From NCBI GenBank assembly GCA_016786925.1, contig JAEUTU010000026.1:18044-82043 (forward strand): 64,000 nt of DNA. The letters are read 5' to 3'. The stretch comes from Bacteroidia bacterium (GTDB lineage: Bacteria > Bacteroidota > Bacteroidia > 2-12-FULL-35-15). Made by a program: the position numbers and the translations under genes. This document shows, one piece after another, positions 22,572-32,375 of this stretch (positions are counted from its first letter, which is position 1; each line of letters opens with the position of its first letter). Under the pieces are notes generated by a model. It saw only the letters and a list, made by a program, of their open reading frames with translations. It made no database searches and had not been told where the DNA came from.

Positions 22572-23756
22572 ATGAACTATATTTTATTTGATGATGAATT
22601 CCGCAACAATTTGTTGCCATTAACATTTACCCGTCCGGTAGCGGATATCAGGATCGGGATATTGACCATTCGCGAAAAGTGGGAGAAGATGCTGGATTCA
22701 AAAACGTCTTCTAAAACTCAGGACTATCTGAGTAAGAAATATCCTACCGAATATACCATTGATGCAGATAATGTATGGATCAACGGTTCATTCTGTCCGA
22801 ATGAAAAATTGATCGAAGAGATCAGGTCACTTAAGCCCAATGAAGCATTGATGGATTCTACCATTGTGGTAGCGGCCAATACGGGTGACGTAAAAAACTT
22901 TGAACCAAGTAACTGGGGAAGCTTCACTAAATATGAAACCCATGCTAAGCCTATGTGGATAGAGCATCCATGGGATATCTTTTCTAAGAATGGCGATGCA
23001 ATAAAAGCTGATTTCGATTTGATCACAAAGGGCAGAAAATCACTGGCATTGAGCAAAACCAATCAGGTGATAGGCGTTGAGAATATTTTTGTGGAAGAAG
23101 GCGCTAAAGTGGAATGTGCGATTTTAAATGCAAGTACGGGACCGATCTATATCGGTAAAGATGCAGAGATCATGGAAGGATCGATCGTGCGTGGTCCATT
23201 TGCTTTGTGTGAACATTCTGCTTTGAAATTAGGTGCTAAGATCTACGGTCCTACTACTATCGGACCGCATAGTAAAGTAGGAGGAGAGGTCAATAATTCT
23301 GTGATCATCGGCTATTCTAACAAAGCACATGATGGTTTTTTAGGCAACTCGGTATTAGGTGAATGGTGTAATCTGGGAGCCGACAGTAATAATTCGAACC
23401 TAAAGAATAACTATGCTGAAGTAAAACTGTGGAATTACAACAAAGAACGTTTTGTGGGAACAGGCTTGACCTTTTGTGGTTTGATCATGGGCGATCATAG
23501 CAAATGTGGGATCAATACCATGTTCAATACAGGAACAGTGGTTGGAGTAAATGCTAATATTTTCGGATCGGGCTTCCCGCGTAATTTTGTTCCTTCCTTC
23601 TCCTGGGGTGGAGCTGCAGGCTTTACTACCTATAAGCTAAAAGATGCCTTTGAGGTGGCCTCAAAAGTATTTGAACGTAGAGGGATGGTATTCAATGAAA
23701 CGGAGCAGGAAATACTGACCCATGTATTTGAATTGACGGAGAAATACAGGAAATAA
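22572..23756 (+). CDS. Left-handed beta-helix (hexapeptide repeat) sugar nucleotidyl/acyl-transferase, GlmU-like
   Basis: C-terminal hexapeptide repeats ([LIV]G..xx[IV]) after an N-terminal nucleotidyltransferase-like region. 394 aa. Confidence 0.55.
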   Translation: MNYILFDDEFRNNLLPLTFTRPVADIRIGILTIREKWEKMLDSKTSSKTQDYLSKKYPTEYTIDADNVWINGSFCPNEKLIEEIRSLKPNEALMDSTIVVAANTGDVKNFEPSNWGSFTKYETHAKPMWIEHPWDIFSKNGDAIKADFDLITKGRKSLALSKTNQVIGVENIFVEEGAKVECAILNASTGPIYIGKDAEIMEGSIVRGPFALCEHSALKLGAKIYGPTTIGPHSKVGGEVNNSVIIGYSNKAHDGFLGNSVLGEWCNLGADSNNSNLKNNYAEVKLWNYNKERFVGTGLTFCGLIMGDHSKCGINTMFNTGTVVGVNANIFGSGFPRNFVPSFSWGGAAGFTTYKLKDAFEVASKVFERRGMVFNETEQEILTHVFELTEKYRK

Positions 23757-23815
23757 TTTCTTCTATTTCATATCAACAAAAACCTTAAATTTGTGTTTCA
23801 ATAAATAAAGAGACT

Positions 23816-24799
23816 ATGAGAACAATCGAATTTCGTGAAGCACTTCGTGAAGCAATGAACGAAGAGATGCGCAGAGATGAAAAAATATTTTTGATGGGTG
23901 AGGAAGTGGCAGAGTACAATGGTGCTTACAAAGTAAGTAAAGGGATGCTTGCCGAGTTTGGTGAAAAGCGTGTGATCGATACACCCATTGCAGAGCTTGG
24001 TTTTGCCGGTATTGCTGTTGGAGCTGCCATGAATGGCTTACGTCCGATCGTGGAGTTCATGACCTTTAACTTTTCATTAGTAGCGATCGATCAGGTGATC
24101 AACTCGGCTGCTAAAATGATGAGTATGAGTGGTGGTCAGTTCTCTGTACCTATTGTATTCCGTGGCCCTACTGCTTCTGCAGGTATGTTGAGCTCTCAGC
24201 ACTCTCAAGCTTTTGAGAACTGGTATGCCAACTGTCCGGGATTAAAAGTAGTAGTTCCGTCTAATCCATACGATGCAAAAGGTTTATTAAAGTCAGCTAT
24301 CCGCGATAACGATCCTGTTATTTTTATGGAAAGTGAGCAAATGTATGGCGACAAAGGAGAAGTTCCTGAAGGAGAATACATCATTCCAATTGGAGTGGCG
24401 GATATTAAAAAAGAAGGAAAAGATGTGACCATCGTTTCTTTTGGTAAGATCATGAAACAAGCTTTGGCTGCTGCTGCTGAATTAGAAAAAGAAGGTATCA
24501 GTGCCGAAGTGATCGATCTTCGTTCAGTGCGTCCGATCGATTATGGAACGGTGATCAATTCTGTGAAGAAAACCAACCGTTTGGTGATCGTTGAGGAGGC
24601 TTGGCCTTTAGCTTCTATCTCATCTGAGTTAGCATTCAAAGTTCAGAAAGAAGCATTTGATTATTTAGATGCACCTGTATTGCGTGTTACATCTGCGGAT
24701 GTGCCATTGCCGTATGCTCCAACTTTGATCGAAGCATCATTGCCGAATGCTGCCCGTGTGGTAAAAGCAGTAAAAGAAGTAATGTACGTGAATAAATAA
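23816..24799 (+). CDS. pdhB: Pyruvate/2-oxoacid dehydrogenase E1 component beta subunit
   Basis: Transketolase-like pyrimidine-binding region (GEEVAEYNGAYKVSKGM...DTPIAE), 327 aa typical of E1-beta. Confidence 0.85.
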   Translation: MRTIEFREALREAMNEEMRRDEKIFLMGEEVAEYNGAYKVSKGMLAEFGEKRVIDTPIAELGFAGIAVGAAMNGLRPIVEFMTFNFSLVAIDQVINSAAKMMSMSGGQFSVPIVFRGPTASAGMLSSQHSQAFENWYANCPGLKVVVPSNPYDAKGLLKSAIRDNDPVIFMESEQMYGDKGEVPEGEYIIPIGVADIKKEGKDVTIVSFGKIMKQALAAAAELEKEGISAEVIDLRSVRPIDYGTVINSVKKTNRLVIVEEAWPLASISSELAFKVQKEAFDYLDAPVLRVTSADVPLPYAPTLIEASLPNAARVVKAVKEVMYVNK

Positions 24800-24814
24800 G
24801 AAGTATTATAAAGT

Positions 24815-24853
24815 AAAACACCCCTTCCGAAAATTTCGGAAGGGGCGTTTTTT
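24815..24853. terminator. Bidirectional rho-independent terminator
   Basis: aaaacaccccttccgaaaatttcggaaggggcgtttttt between convergent genes. Confidence 0.7.
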
Positions 24854-24870
24854 ATTGTTGGGGGTGATAA

Positions 24871-25263
24871 TTAATTTTTGGTGATCTGACCTTCTAAGGC
24901 ATCGATCAACAGGTCTTTCTGACGTAATTCCGATCTCAATTGTTCAATTTCTTGTCGCAAAGCTTTTAATTCAAGCGTATATTTTGCTTCTTCTTTGCTC
25001 CATAAGTTCACGTTATAATAAGGCTCTTTATCGAAATTGTACCCATCAAAATTCTCACGGAAAAAGCTGTAAAGTGGAATACGTAATTCTTTAGATATTA
25101 ACTCTAATGTTCTTATTTCTAGTGTATTATGTTCTAAAGCGTAATCGAGATCTGACTCGGAAATATTCAAATAGGATGCCAGGTCGGCATACGTGAATTT
25201 TTTCATTTCCAGCACTTGAAGTATCTTTTCTTTCAGGTTCATTACTTCAATTTTAGTGTCCAT
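24871..25263 (-). CDS. XRE-family helix-turn-helix protein with C-terminal coiled coil
   Basis: KKFTYADLASYLNISESDLDYAL HTH. C-terminal heptad region LRQEIEQLRSELRQKDLLI. Confidence 0.55.
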   Translation of the reverse strand: MDTKIEVMNLKEKILQVLEMKKFTYADLASYLNISESDLDYALEHNTLEIRTLELISKELRIPLYSFFRENFDGYNFDKEPYYNVNLWSKEEAKYTLELKALRQEIEQLRSELRQKDLLIDALEGQITKN

Positions 25264-25313
25264 AAGCGTATTACTAATTTTGGTTGGTTCTACGAGATCT
25301 TTTGAAAAAGGTT

Positions 25314-25880
25314 CTATTTAATTTCGGGCGTAAAGCTCTTCTCAAAATCTTCCCATTTGGTATCCTTGTATTTTCCGCTTCCAAAGAACTTCATCACAGG
25401 CTCAAATTGTGCCGGCTGATAATAACCAACCACCACTTGGATGCGTTGCACCTGTTCATTTAAAAATACAATAGAAGGATAGGACAGTTTGCCATCTAAA
25501 ATAGAAACAGCAAAATCGTGAACGGGACGTGGGGTGCCGGGAGCATTCTGGTTCTTGAACACATATCCATTGAAGGCAACGCTGTCAAATGTTTCGGCAT
25601 CGAATTTTACAGGATAAAAGTTCTCATTCAGATATTTGGCAATGATCTCATTGCCGAAGGTGTTTTTGCTCATCATTTTGCATGGACCGCACCATTGGGT
25701 GTAAACATCTACCATGATCGGTTTTGGTGTCTTTTTTTGAAGCTCTACCGCTTCGCTGAAGGTGTACCATTTCACCGGTCCGTGATCATCACCGGCAATA
25801 AACGAATTGCTTGAAATAAAACTTTGTGCAACAACCACGATCGTGGCAATTCCTAATGCAATAAATACTTTTTTGATCAT
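25314..25880 (-). CDS. Secreted thioredoxin-fold protein (CxxC)
   Basis: Signal peptide and WCGPCK active site. 188 aa. Confidence 0.7.
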   Translation of the reverse strand: MIKKVFIALGIATIVVVAQSFISSNSFIAGDDHGPVKWYTFSEAVELQKKTPKPIMVDVYTQWCGPCKMMSKNTFGNEIIAKYLNENFYPVKFDAETFDSVAFNGYVFKNQNAPGTPRPVHDFAVSILDGKLSYPSIVFLNEQVQRIQVVVGYYQPAQFEPVMKFFGSGKYKDTKWEDFEKSFTPEIK

Positions 25881-25969
25881 GCTGTAAAATTATAAAGTAA
25901 AGGTATGAATTAAAACAAAAAGGTCAAACATTGTACCATGTTTGACCTTTTTGAAAATTGTAGGATCGA

Positions 25970-27688
25970 TTAACGTACCCCGTGCATCATCTTCAATAAT
26001 AGCTTACTCAAGAAGAATAAGATCACAGATGAGATACCGGCCATTACTACGAATAACATAAAGAAAGAATACAAGCTGTTGATGGTGTATCCTGCAAAAG
26101 ATTTTTCCTTGATCATGGATCCTTTAAAGATGTTCTCAACGATAGACGCTTTCACTGTAGGGTCTTTTACTTTCTCAAAAGAAATAAGGTCGATACTAAT
26201 GTATTTAGTACCGTTGATATCCTCTGCTTTATCCAATTTGGTTGTCAATTCAACACCTTTTTCGGTTTGTTGAGATTCAACAGCAGCAACAGTGATCATT
26301 GTTTCAGGATAATAAGAACTTAATGTTCCTGCAAATTTGTTGGCAGAAGCAGTAGATAAGAACCAAACACCCATCAATAAGGAAGCAAATTTAACAGGAG
26401 CTAATTTGTTAACCATGGATAGACCAATAGGTGATAAGCAAAGCTCACCGAAGGTATGGATCAAGTACAAGCTTAATAACCAAACCATGCTCACTTTCGT
26501 AGATGGCTCAATTCCTTTTACTCCATAAGCAATCACCAAATAACCTAATGCCAATAAGAATAAACCAATGGATTGTTTGTAAGGAGAAGCAGGTTCTGCA
26601 TTTCTCTTACTTAAGAATCCCCATAATGCAACGAAAATAGAAGCAAAGATAACGATCGCTACTGCGTTCACCGATTGGAAATAACTAGCAGGAATAACTG
26701 TTCCGAATAAACTTCTGTCGGTTTGCTCTTCCGCAAAGAACGTTAAAGCAGCACCTGCTTGTTCGAAAGCTGCCCAGAAGAAAATTACGAAGAAGGCAAC
26801 GATATAGATTACCCAGATACGTTGTTTCTCGATCTTTGTTAAACTCTTATCAGAGATAATGAATCCCGGAGCAGCAATAGACAATGAGAAGATAAAGGAA
26901 CCGATCACACCTTGATCTAAGAAGAAGAACAAAGTAAATAATCCGATCTCAATTCCAACCCAAGTTAAAATTTGAGTCATTGTAAACTCTGATTTTGCTT
27001 CCGCAACAGTATCAATATCTGCAGCCGGTTTGTTAGAACCCGGTTTTGCTCCGATCGCTTGACCATCAGGTGTTACAATGTATTTGTCTTTTAATGTGAT
27101 GAACAGGATCAAACTCAAGATCATACCGATACAAGCAGCTAAGAAGCCCCATTTGAAATCAGCAGGATTACCTGTATCACCTAAAAATCCACACACCAAT
27201 GGAGAGAAGAATGCTCCTAAGTTGATACCCATATAGAAAATAGTGAAAGCAGAGTCGATACGCTTATCACCTTTTGGATACAACTGACCAACCATGGTAG
27301 AGATATTTGGTTTGAAGAAACCGTTACCAAGGATCAAAGAGGTTAATCCAACCATCATTAAGATACGGGCAAGATCAATATTCTCGAAAAAGGAACCACT
27401 CATGAACATAAAGAACTGTCCGATCGCCATCATGATACCACCAATGATGATTGATTTGCGGTTACCCCAATATCTGTCAGCCATATAACCACCGATCAAT
27501 GGTGTTAAATATACCAAACCTGTATAACTACCGTAAATATCACTCGCAAAGGCTTTGTCATACATTAAAGCTTTAGCTAAGAATAAAACGAAAATAGCAC
27601 GCATCCCGTAGTAGCTGAATCGCTCCCACATTTCTGTTACAAAAAGTACATAAAGCCCTTTCGGGTGACCTTGTTTTACTTCTGACAT
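25970..27688 (-). CDS. POT/PTR2 family di-/tripeptide:proton symporter
   Basis: N-terminal ERFSYYGMRAIFVLFL PTR2 signature. About 14 TM segments. 572 aa. Confidence 0.85.
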   Translation of the reverse strand: MSEVKQGHPKGLYVLFVTEMWERFSYYGMRAIFVLFLAKALMYDKAFASDIYGSYTGLVYLTPLIGGYMADRYWGNRKSIIIGGIMMAIGQFFMFMSGSFFENIDLARILMMVGLTSLILGNGFFKPNISTMVGQLYPKGDKRIDSAFTIFYMGINLGAFFSPLVCGFLGDTGNPADFKWGFLAACIGMILSLILFITLKDKYIVTPDGQAIGAKPGSNKPAADIDTVAEAKSEFTMTQILTWVGIEIGLFTLFFFLDQGVIGSFIFSLSIAAPGFIISDKSLTKIEKQRIWVIYIVAFFVIFFWAAFEQAGAALTFFAEEQTDRSLFGTVIPASYFQSVNAVAIVIFASIFVALWGFLSKRNAEPASPYKQSIGLFLLALGYLVIAYGVKGIEPSTKVSMVWLLSLYLIHTFGELCLSPIGLSMVNKLAPVKFASLLMGVWFLSTASANKFAGTLSSYYPETMITVAAVESQQTEKGVELTTKLDKAEDINGTKYISIDLISFEKVKDPTVKASIVENIFKGSMIKEKSFAGYTINSLYSFFMLFVVMAGISSVILFFLSKLLLKMMHGVR

Positions 27689-27744
27689 ATAGTATTCTTT
27701 TAGTTAATAATTTAGATTAGAGTTGGCGAATATAGGGATTAATG

Positions 27745-27935
27745 TATAAAGTATCAAGTAGGATAATAAAGTATTGGGTATCAAGTATTAAGTATTAAGA
27801 ATTGTGTTGAAATGAGTTCTTTTTTCTTGTATAATTCTGCATATCAGTTAATTATGCTTCTTTGGTAAGTTTTTCTCCTACTGACGCTATTTAAATTCTA
27901 CTTAATACTTGATACATAATACTTTATACTTCCAC
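27745..27935. promoter_or_regulatory. Intergenic inverted-repeat region with three copies of the TATCAAGTA motif, upstream of the POT transporter
   Basis: gtatcaagtag (27757), ggtatcaagtattaag (27778) and the inverted copy tacttgatac (about 27908), plus gtataaagta termini. Confidence 0.4.
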
Positions 27936-30112
27936 TACAGATTATTCAATATAAAATCCGTCATTTTGGTATATAAGTGCAAACGGGTAGTGGCACCTAA
28001 GATGCTATGATTCTTATCCGGGTAAATGAACAGGTCGAATTGTTTGTTCTCTTTTACCAGCGCATTGATCATCTCCATGGTGTTTTGATAATGTACATTA
28101 TCATCACCGCTACCGTGGATCAATAAATATTTACCTTTTAATTTGCTAACATGGTTGATCGGTGAATTATCGTCATACCCACTCGCATTTTCCTGTGGTA
28201 ATCCCATAAAGCGCTCGGTGTACACATTGTCATAATATCTCCAGTTAGTAACCGGAGCAACAGCAATGGCTGTTTTGAAATAATCGGCTCCCTTGGTGAT
28301 ACACAATGAACTCAAATAACCACCAAAGCTCCAACCGAATGTTCCTATTCTTGTTTTGTCAACATACGGTAATGTGCCTAAATATTTAGCTGTTTCTATC
28401 TGGTCGGTCACCTCTAGTTTACCCAATTGTTTGTAGGTGGAATGCTTAAACTCTTTTCCTCTGTATTGTGTTCCTCTGTTATCTACACACATCACAATGT
28501 AGCCTTTTTGTGCCAGCATCTGGTGCCAGAAATAATCTCTGTCGAATGCATTCGCCACCATGTTACGTCCCGGTCCACCATAAAACACTAAAAACACAGG
28601 ATATTTCTTTGTAGTATCAAAATTTTGTGGTTTGATCATCCAGGCATTCAATTCAATTCCTTCTGTGGTTTTGAACATGAACAATTCCTTTTTGCTCAAG
28701 CTGAATTCCTGCATTTTATTTTTTAGAGATTCATTGCTTTCCAGGCTGCGGATCAATTTTCCTTTGGCATCATAAATAGCAGTTACATTTGGTGAGTTCG
28801 CATCTGAAAATACATCAATGTAATATTTCATGCCTTTGCTGAAATCAGGAGCATGATTACCTTTTTGTTGCGATACTTTGTTCTTTGTTTTTCCGTCAAA
28901 CGAAACGGAATAAATGTCTTTCTCGGTAGCTGTTGTTTCTGAAGCCAGGTAAAAGATCGTTTTTGTTTTTTCATCAATCCCTTTCAATTGAACAACATCC
29001 CAGTTGCCTTTGGTGATCGGGTTGACCAATTTGCCATCCATGGAATACAGATACAAATGGTTGAATCCACTCGTTTCATTCTGAATGATGAATCCTTTTT
29101 TATCAGGTGTGAAATACACATAATCACCCTGACCTTCATGAATATCAATATAAGTTGTACTGTTTTCAGTATAAACCACTTTTGAATTTCCACTTGTAGC
29201 ATCGTTCAATAATAATTCCAATTTGTTTTGATAGCGGTTCATTCTTACAATGGAAAGCTGATTCGGATCCAATGTCCATTTGATGCGTGGAATGTACTGG
29301 TTGGTCTCTTTGCCAATATCCATCAATTGTGTGCTATTGCTTGCCAGATCATACACATGAATACTTACGATCGAATTGTCTTCTCCTGCTTTCGGGTATT
29401 TAAAGCGGTATTGGGTTGGATACAATTGGTTATTGTATTCATCGAATGAGAACTCTTTAACCTTACTCTCATCAAATTTGTAATAGGCAATTTTTTTGCT
29501 ATCCGGACTCCAGAAATAAGCCACTGAAAAAGCAAATTCTTCCTCGTGTACCCAGTCGGTAGCACCATTGATGATGTTGTTTTGTTTGCCATCAAAAGTG
29601 ATCTGTGTTTCTTTTCCGCTAGAAAGATCTTTGATGTAAATATTGTTGCCACGCACAAAACTCACTTTTGAGCCATCGGGTGAGAAACCTGCATACATCT
29701 GTTTTTCGCCAGCGCTAACAGGTGTTACACTTTTTGTTTTGCGGTCGTACACAAAATAATATTCACGGGTTGAATGACGGTACACCTGTTCCGATTGTGT
29801 TGAGATCAGCATTTTGCTTTCATCAGCACTAAAGGAATAGGTATTGATATCGATCGTTTTTCCATCGTATTTCAGATCCGCTTCACAAACGATCATTTCG
29901 GGTTTGGATACTTTGGCATATTCATATTGAAAAACGGTGTCTCTAGCCAAAGTAGAGTAGTGCAACCCATCGTTCATGGATACCAAGCCAAATACACCTC
30001 TGGAGCGGAAAGTTCCTTTGGTCCAGATGTCTTCTAGTGTGATGTCTTTTTTCTGAGCACTGATGTTATTAACCATCAATATTGAAAAACCTATGATAAA
30101 TAGTCGTTTCAT
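27935..30112 (-). CDS. S9B family dipeptidyl-peptidase IV
   Basis: Signal peptide, beta-propeller-length N-terminal region. Catalytic GWSFGGY, Asp and His in the C-terminal alpha/beta hydrolase fold. 725 aa. Confidence 0.85.
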   Translation of the reverse strand: MKRLFIIGFSILMVNNISAQKKDITLEDIWTKGTFRSRGVFGLVSMNDGLHYSTLARDTVFQYEYAKVSKPEMIVCEADLKYDGKTIDINTYSFSADESKMLISTQSEQVYRHSTREYYFVYDRKTKSVTPVSAGEKQMYAGFSPDGSKVSFVRGNNIYIKDLSSGKETQITFDGKQNNIINGATDWVHEEEFAFSVAYFWSPDSKKIAYYKFDESKVKEFSFDEYNNQLYPTQYRFKYPKAGEDNSIVSIHVYDLASNSTQLMDIGKETNQYIPRIKWTLDPNQLSIVRMNRYQNKLELLLNDATSGNSKVVYTENSTTYIDIHEGQGDYVYFTPDKKGFIIQNETSGFNHLYLYSMDGKLVNPITKGNWDVVQLKGIDEKTKTIFYLASETTATEKDIYSVSFDGKTKNKVSQQKGNHAPDFSKGMKYYIDVFSDANSPNVTAIYDAKGKLIRSLESNESLKNKMQEFSLSKKELFMFKTTEGIELNAWMIKPQNFDTTKKYPVFLVFYGGPGRNMVANAFDRDYFWHQMLAQKGYIVMCVDNRGTQYRGKEFKHSTYKQLGKLEVTDQIETAKYLGTLPYVDKTRIGTFGWSFGGYLSSLCITKGADYFKTAIAVAPVTNWRYYDNVYTERFMGLPQENASGYDDNSPINHVSKLKGKYLLIHGSGDDNVHYQNTMEMINALVKENKQFDLFIYPDKNHSILGATTRLHLYTKMTDFILNNL

Positions 30113-30219
30113 TTCTTTATTATTTGTATAATTTTGAGAGGAACGAAAATAGCAAAATAGATCGATTGTTTTGCTTAAAAAGTGATGAGCGGTATATTCT
30201 TATTATTAATTCAAAGAGC

Positions 30220-31623
30220 ATGTCATATAAAAAAATAACACCTCAGATCGTTGAACAGCTAAAAAGCATTGTTGGAGCATCTAACGTCCTGTTGGATACT
30301 GAAAGTTTGGCCAATTACGGACATGATGAAACAGAACAATTGGTGTTTTTGCCGGAGGTGGTGGTGAAGCCGGCAACAGCAGAGGAGATCTCTTCCATAT
30401 TAAAATTAGCGAATGCCGAACTTATTCCTGTTACTCCACGTGGTGCAGGGACAGGTTTAGCCGGTGGAGCATTGCCTATCAATGCAGGGATCAGTTTGAG
30501 TATGGAACGCTTTAATAAGATACTGGATATTGATAAACGTAATTTACAAGCAACAGTGCAGCCGGGGGTGATCAATGAGGTATTTCAGAATGCAGTAAAA
30601 GAAGAAAATTTATTTTATCCGCCTGATCCTGCCAGCAAAGGAAGTTGCTTTCTGGGTGGTAACATTGCACATGGAAGCGGTGGTCCGAAATGCGTGAAAT
30701 ATGGAACGACCAAAGATTATATTTTGAATTTAGAAGTGGTATTGCCAACAGGTGAGATCATTATGACAGGAGCGAATACCTTAAAAAATTCAACCGGATA
30801 TAATTTAACGCAACTGATGGTAGGTAGCGAAGGAACGTTGGGAGTGGTGACCAAGATCGTAGTGAGATTATTGCCATTGCCGAAATACGATCTGTTGATG
30901 CTTGTTCCGTTCCGTGACCTGGATGAAGCATGTGCTGCAGTGAGTGAAGTGTTCCGTGCCGGCTTTACACCAAGCGCTTTGGAATTGATGGAGCGCGATG
31001 CCTTGGATTGGGTGAGCAAACATGTAGAGAGCAGTGTCGTGAAATTGGAAGATGATATTCAAGCACATCTATTGATCGAAGTGGATGGAAATGATCAGGA
31101 GGTGTTGATGAAGGAGATGGAGCAGATCGCAGAGTTGATGAGTAAATACAATATTTCAGAAGTATTGTTTGCAGATAGCGCAGCACAAAAAAATGAATTA
31201 TGGAAATTGCGCAGAAAGATCAATGAAGCCGTGAAAATGAATGCCATCAGTAAGGAGCAGGATACAGTAGTGCCCAGAGCGGAGTTGCCTAAGCTGGTAA
31301 AAGGAGTGAAAGAGGTAGGAAGCCGTTATCAGTTTAAGAGTGTGTGTTACGGACATGCAGGCGATGGTAATTTGCACATCCGTTTGATAAAAGGAGATTT
31401 AACAGATGAACAATGGGAAGGTGATTATATCAAAAAAGCCATTGCAGAGATATTTACCATTTGTAAGAATTTAGGTGGCACCATCAGTGGTGAGCATGGT
31501 ATTGGTTTGATCCAGCAGGAGTACCTTGGAATTGTTTTCTCCGATAAAGCAATTGATATTCAACGCACGATCAAAAAAGCGTTTGATCCGAATAATATTT
31601 TAAATCCCGGAAAAATATTCTAG
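30220..31623 (+). CDS. FAD-linked oxidase (GlcD/D-lactate dehydrogenase family)
   Basis: FAD_binding_4 region (PEVVVKPATAEEISSILKLANAELIPVTPRGAGTGLAGGA). C-terminal FAD-oxidase_C. ATG at 30220 chosen; the 5' extension from 30124 was rejected. Confidence 0.8.
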   Translation: MSYKKITPQIVEQLKSIVGASNVLLDTESLANYGHDETEQLVFLPEVVVKPATAEEISSILKLANAELIPVTPRGAGTGLAGGALPINAGISLSMERFNKILDIDKRNLQATVQPGVINEVFQNAVKEENLFYPPDPASKGSCFLGGNIAHGSGGPKCVKYGTTKDYILNLEVVLPTGEIIMTGANTLKNSTGYNLTQLMVGSEGTLGVVTKIVVRLLPLPKYDLLMLVPFRDLDEACAAVSEVFRAGFTPSALELMERDALDWVSKHVESSVVKLEDDIQAHLLIEVDGNDQEVLMKEMEQIAELMSKYNISEVLFADSAAQKNELWKLRRKINEAVKMNAISKEQDTVVPRAELPKLVKGVKEVGSRYQFKSVCYGHAGDGNLHIRLIKGDLTDEQWEGDYIKKAIAEIFTICKNLGGTISGEHGIGLIQQEYLGIVFSDKAIDIQRTIKKAFDPNNILNPGKIF

Positions 31624-31703
31624 GTTTCTAATCACGAACACAGATACGAATAAGGCGAATTACGAATCGAGACGTTTTATGCTTGTTTTTTAATAGAAGA
31701 AAA

Positions 31704-32264
31704 CTATTGTTTGATGAATTTTTGCTTAAATATAATATTCCCTTTTTCAGAAACGACAGATAATAAATATATTTGGGTAGATAGTGAACTAATATCTAGT
31801 TCTATATAGTTTTCAAAACTAGCCTTTGATATAATCTTTTTGCCAGTGATGTCATATAGATTTATTGTTGAATTTATTGGGATGTTTTCTAATTTAAGAA
31901 TCGAATTTTTAAAATTGTAATTTATATTGTTTATTGAATAATTATTCATTGATGTTGGGCAGTCAATACAACAAAAAACGATAGAGTCGCTACAGCAATT
32001 TCCGGTACCCATATCATGGATAGTAACTGAGACTAGCTGACCAGAACATATACCCCCAATGCTATCAGTTCCGTCTCCTATAGGGATACCTGGTGACCAG
32101 TTGAAAAAAAAAGGTCCACAACCACCAACAATATTTTCTACACTAGCACTTCCATCACAGCAGGTAGGGCAGCTTGGCATTGTTGTTTGTAATGTGAATG
32201 TATAGCATTGAGCTGAAAATTTAAAAGGAAATAAAAATAAAAACAGAATAAATTTAGCTTTCAT
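31704..32264 (-). CDS. Small Cys-rich secreted protein with T9SS C-terminal sorting domain
   Basis: Signal peptide and a Cys-rich N-terminal 100 aa (CPTCCDG...CCSDSIVFCCIDC). The C-terminal 80 aa resembles the Por secretion CTD (LYDITGKKI...LDISSL..QIYLLSV). Confidence 0.55.
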   Translation of the reverse strand: MKAKFILFLFLFPFKFSAQCYTFTLQTTMPSCPTCCDGSASVENIVGGCGPFFFNWSPGIPIGDGTDSIGGICSGQLVSVTIHDMGTGNCCSDSIVFCCIDCPTSMNNYSINNINYNFKNSILKLENIPINSTINLYDITGKKIISKASFENYIELDISSLSTQIYLLSVVSEKGNIIFKQKFIKQ

Positions 32265-32375
32265 AACATAAATATACTTTATCCTTTTTGGAAAAGCAAT
32301 TTATTCGTAATTCGTTTGATTCGTTTTATTTTCGTAATTCGATATAGGCACTACGTAGTATTCGTACTTCGTAGT

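Noticed and set aside
30124-30219. N-terminal extension of the FAD-linked oxidase from the first ATG of the ORF
   Set aside because: The extension (MYNFERNENSKIDRLFCLKSDERYILIINSKS) is low-complexity. The conserved domain aligns from MSYKKITPQ at 30220, where the real start most likely is.
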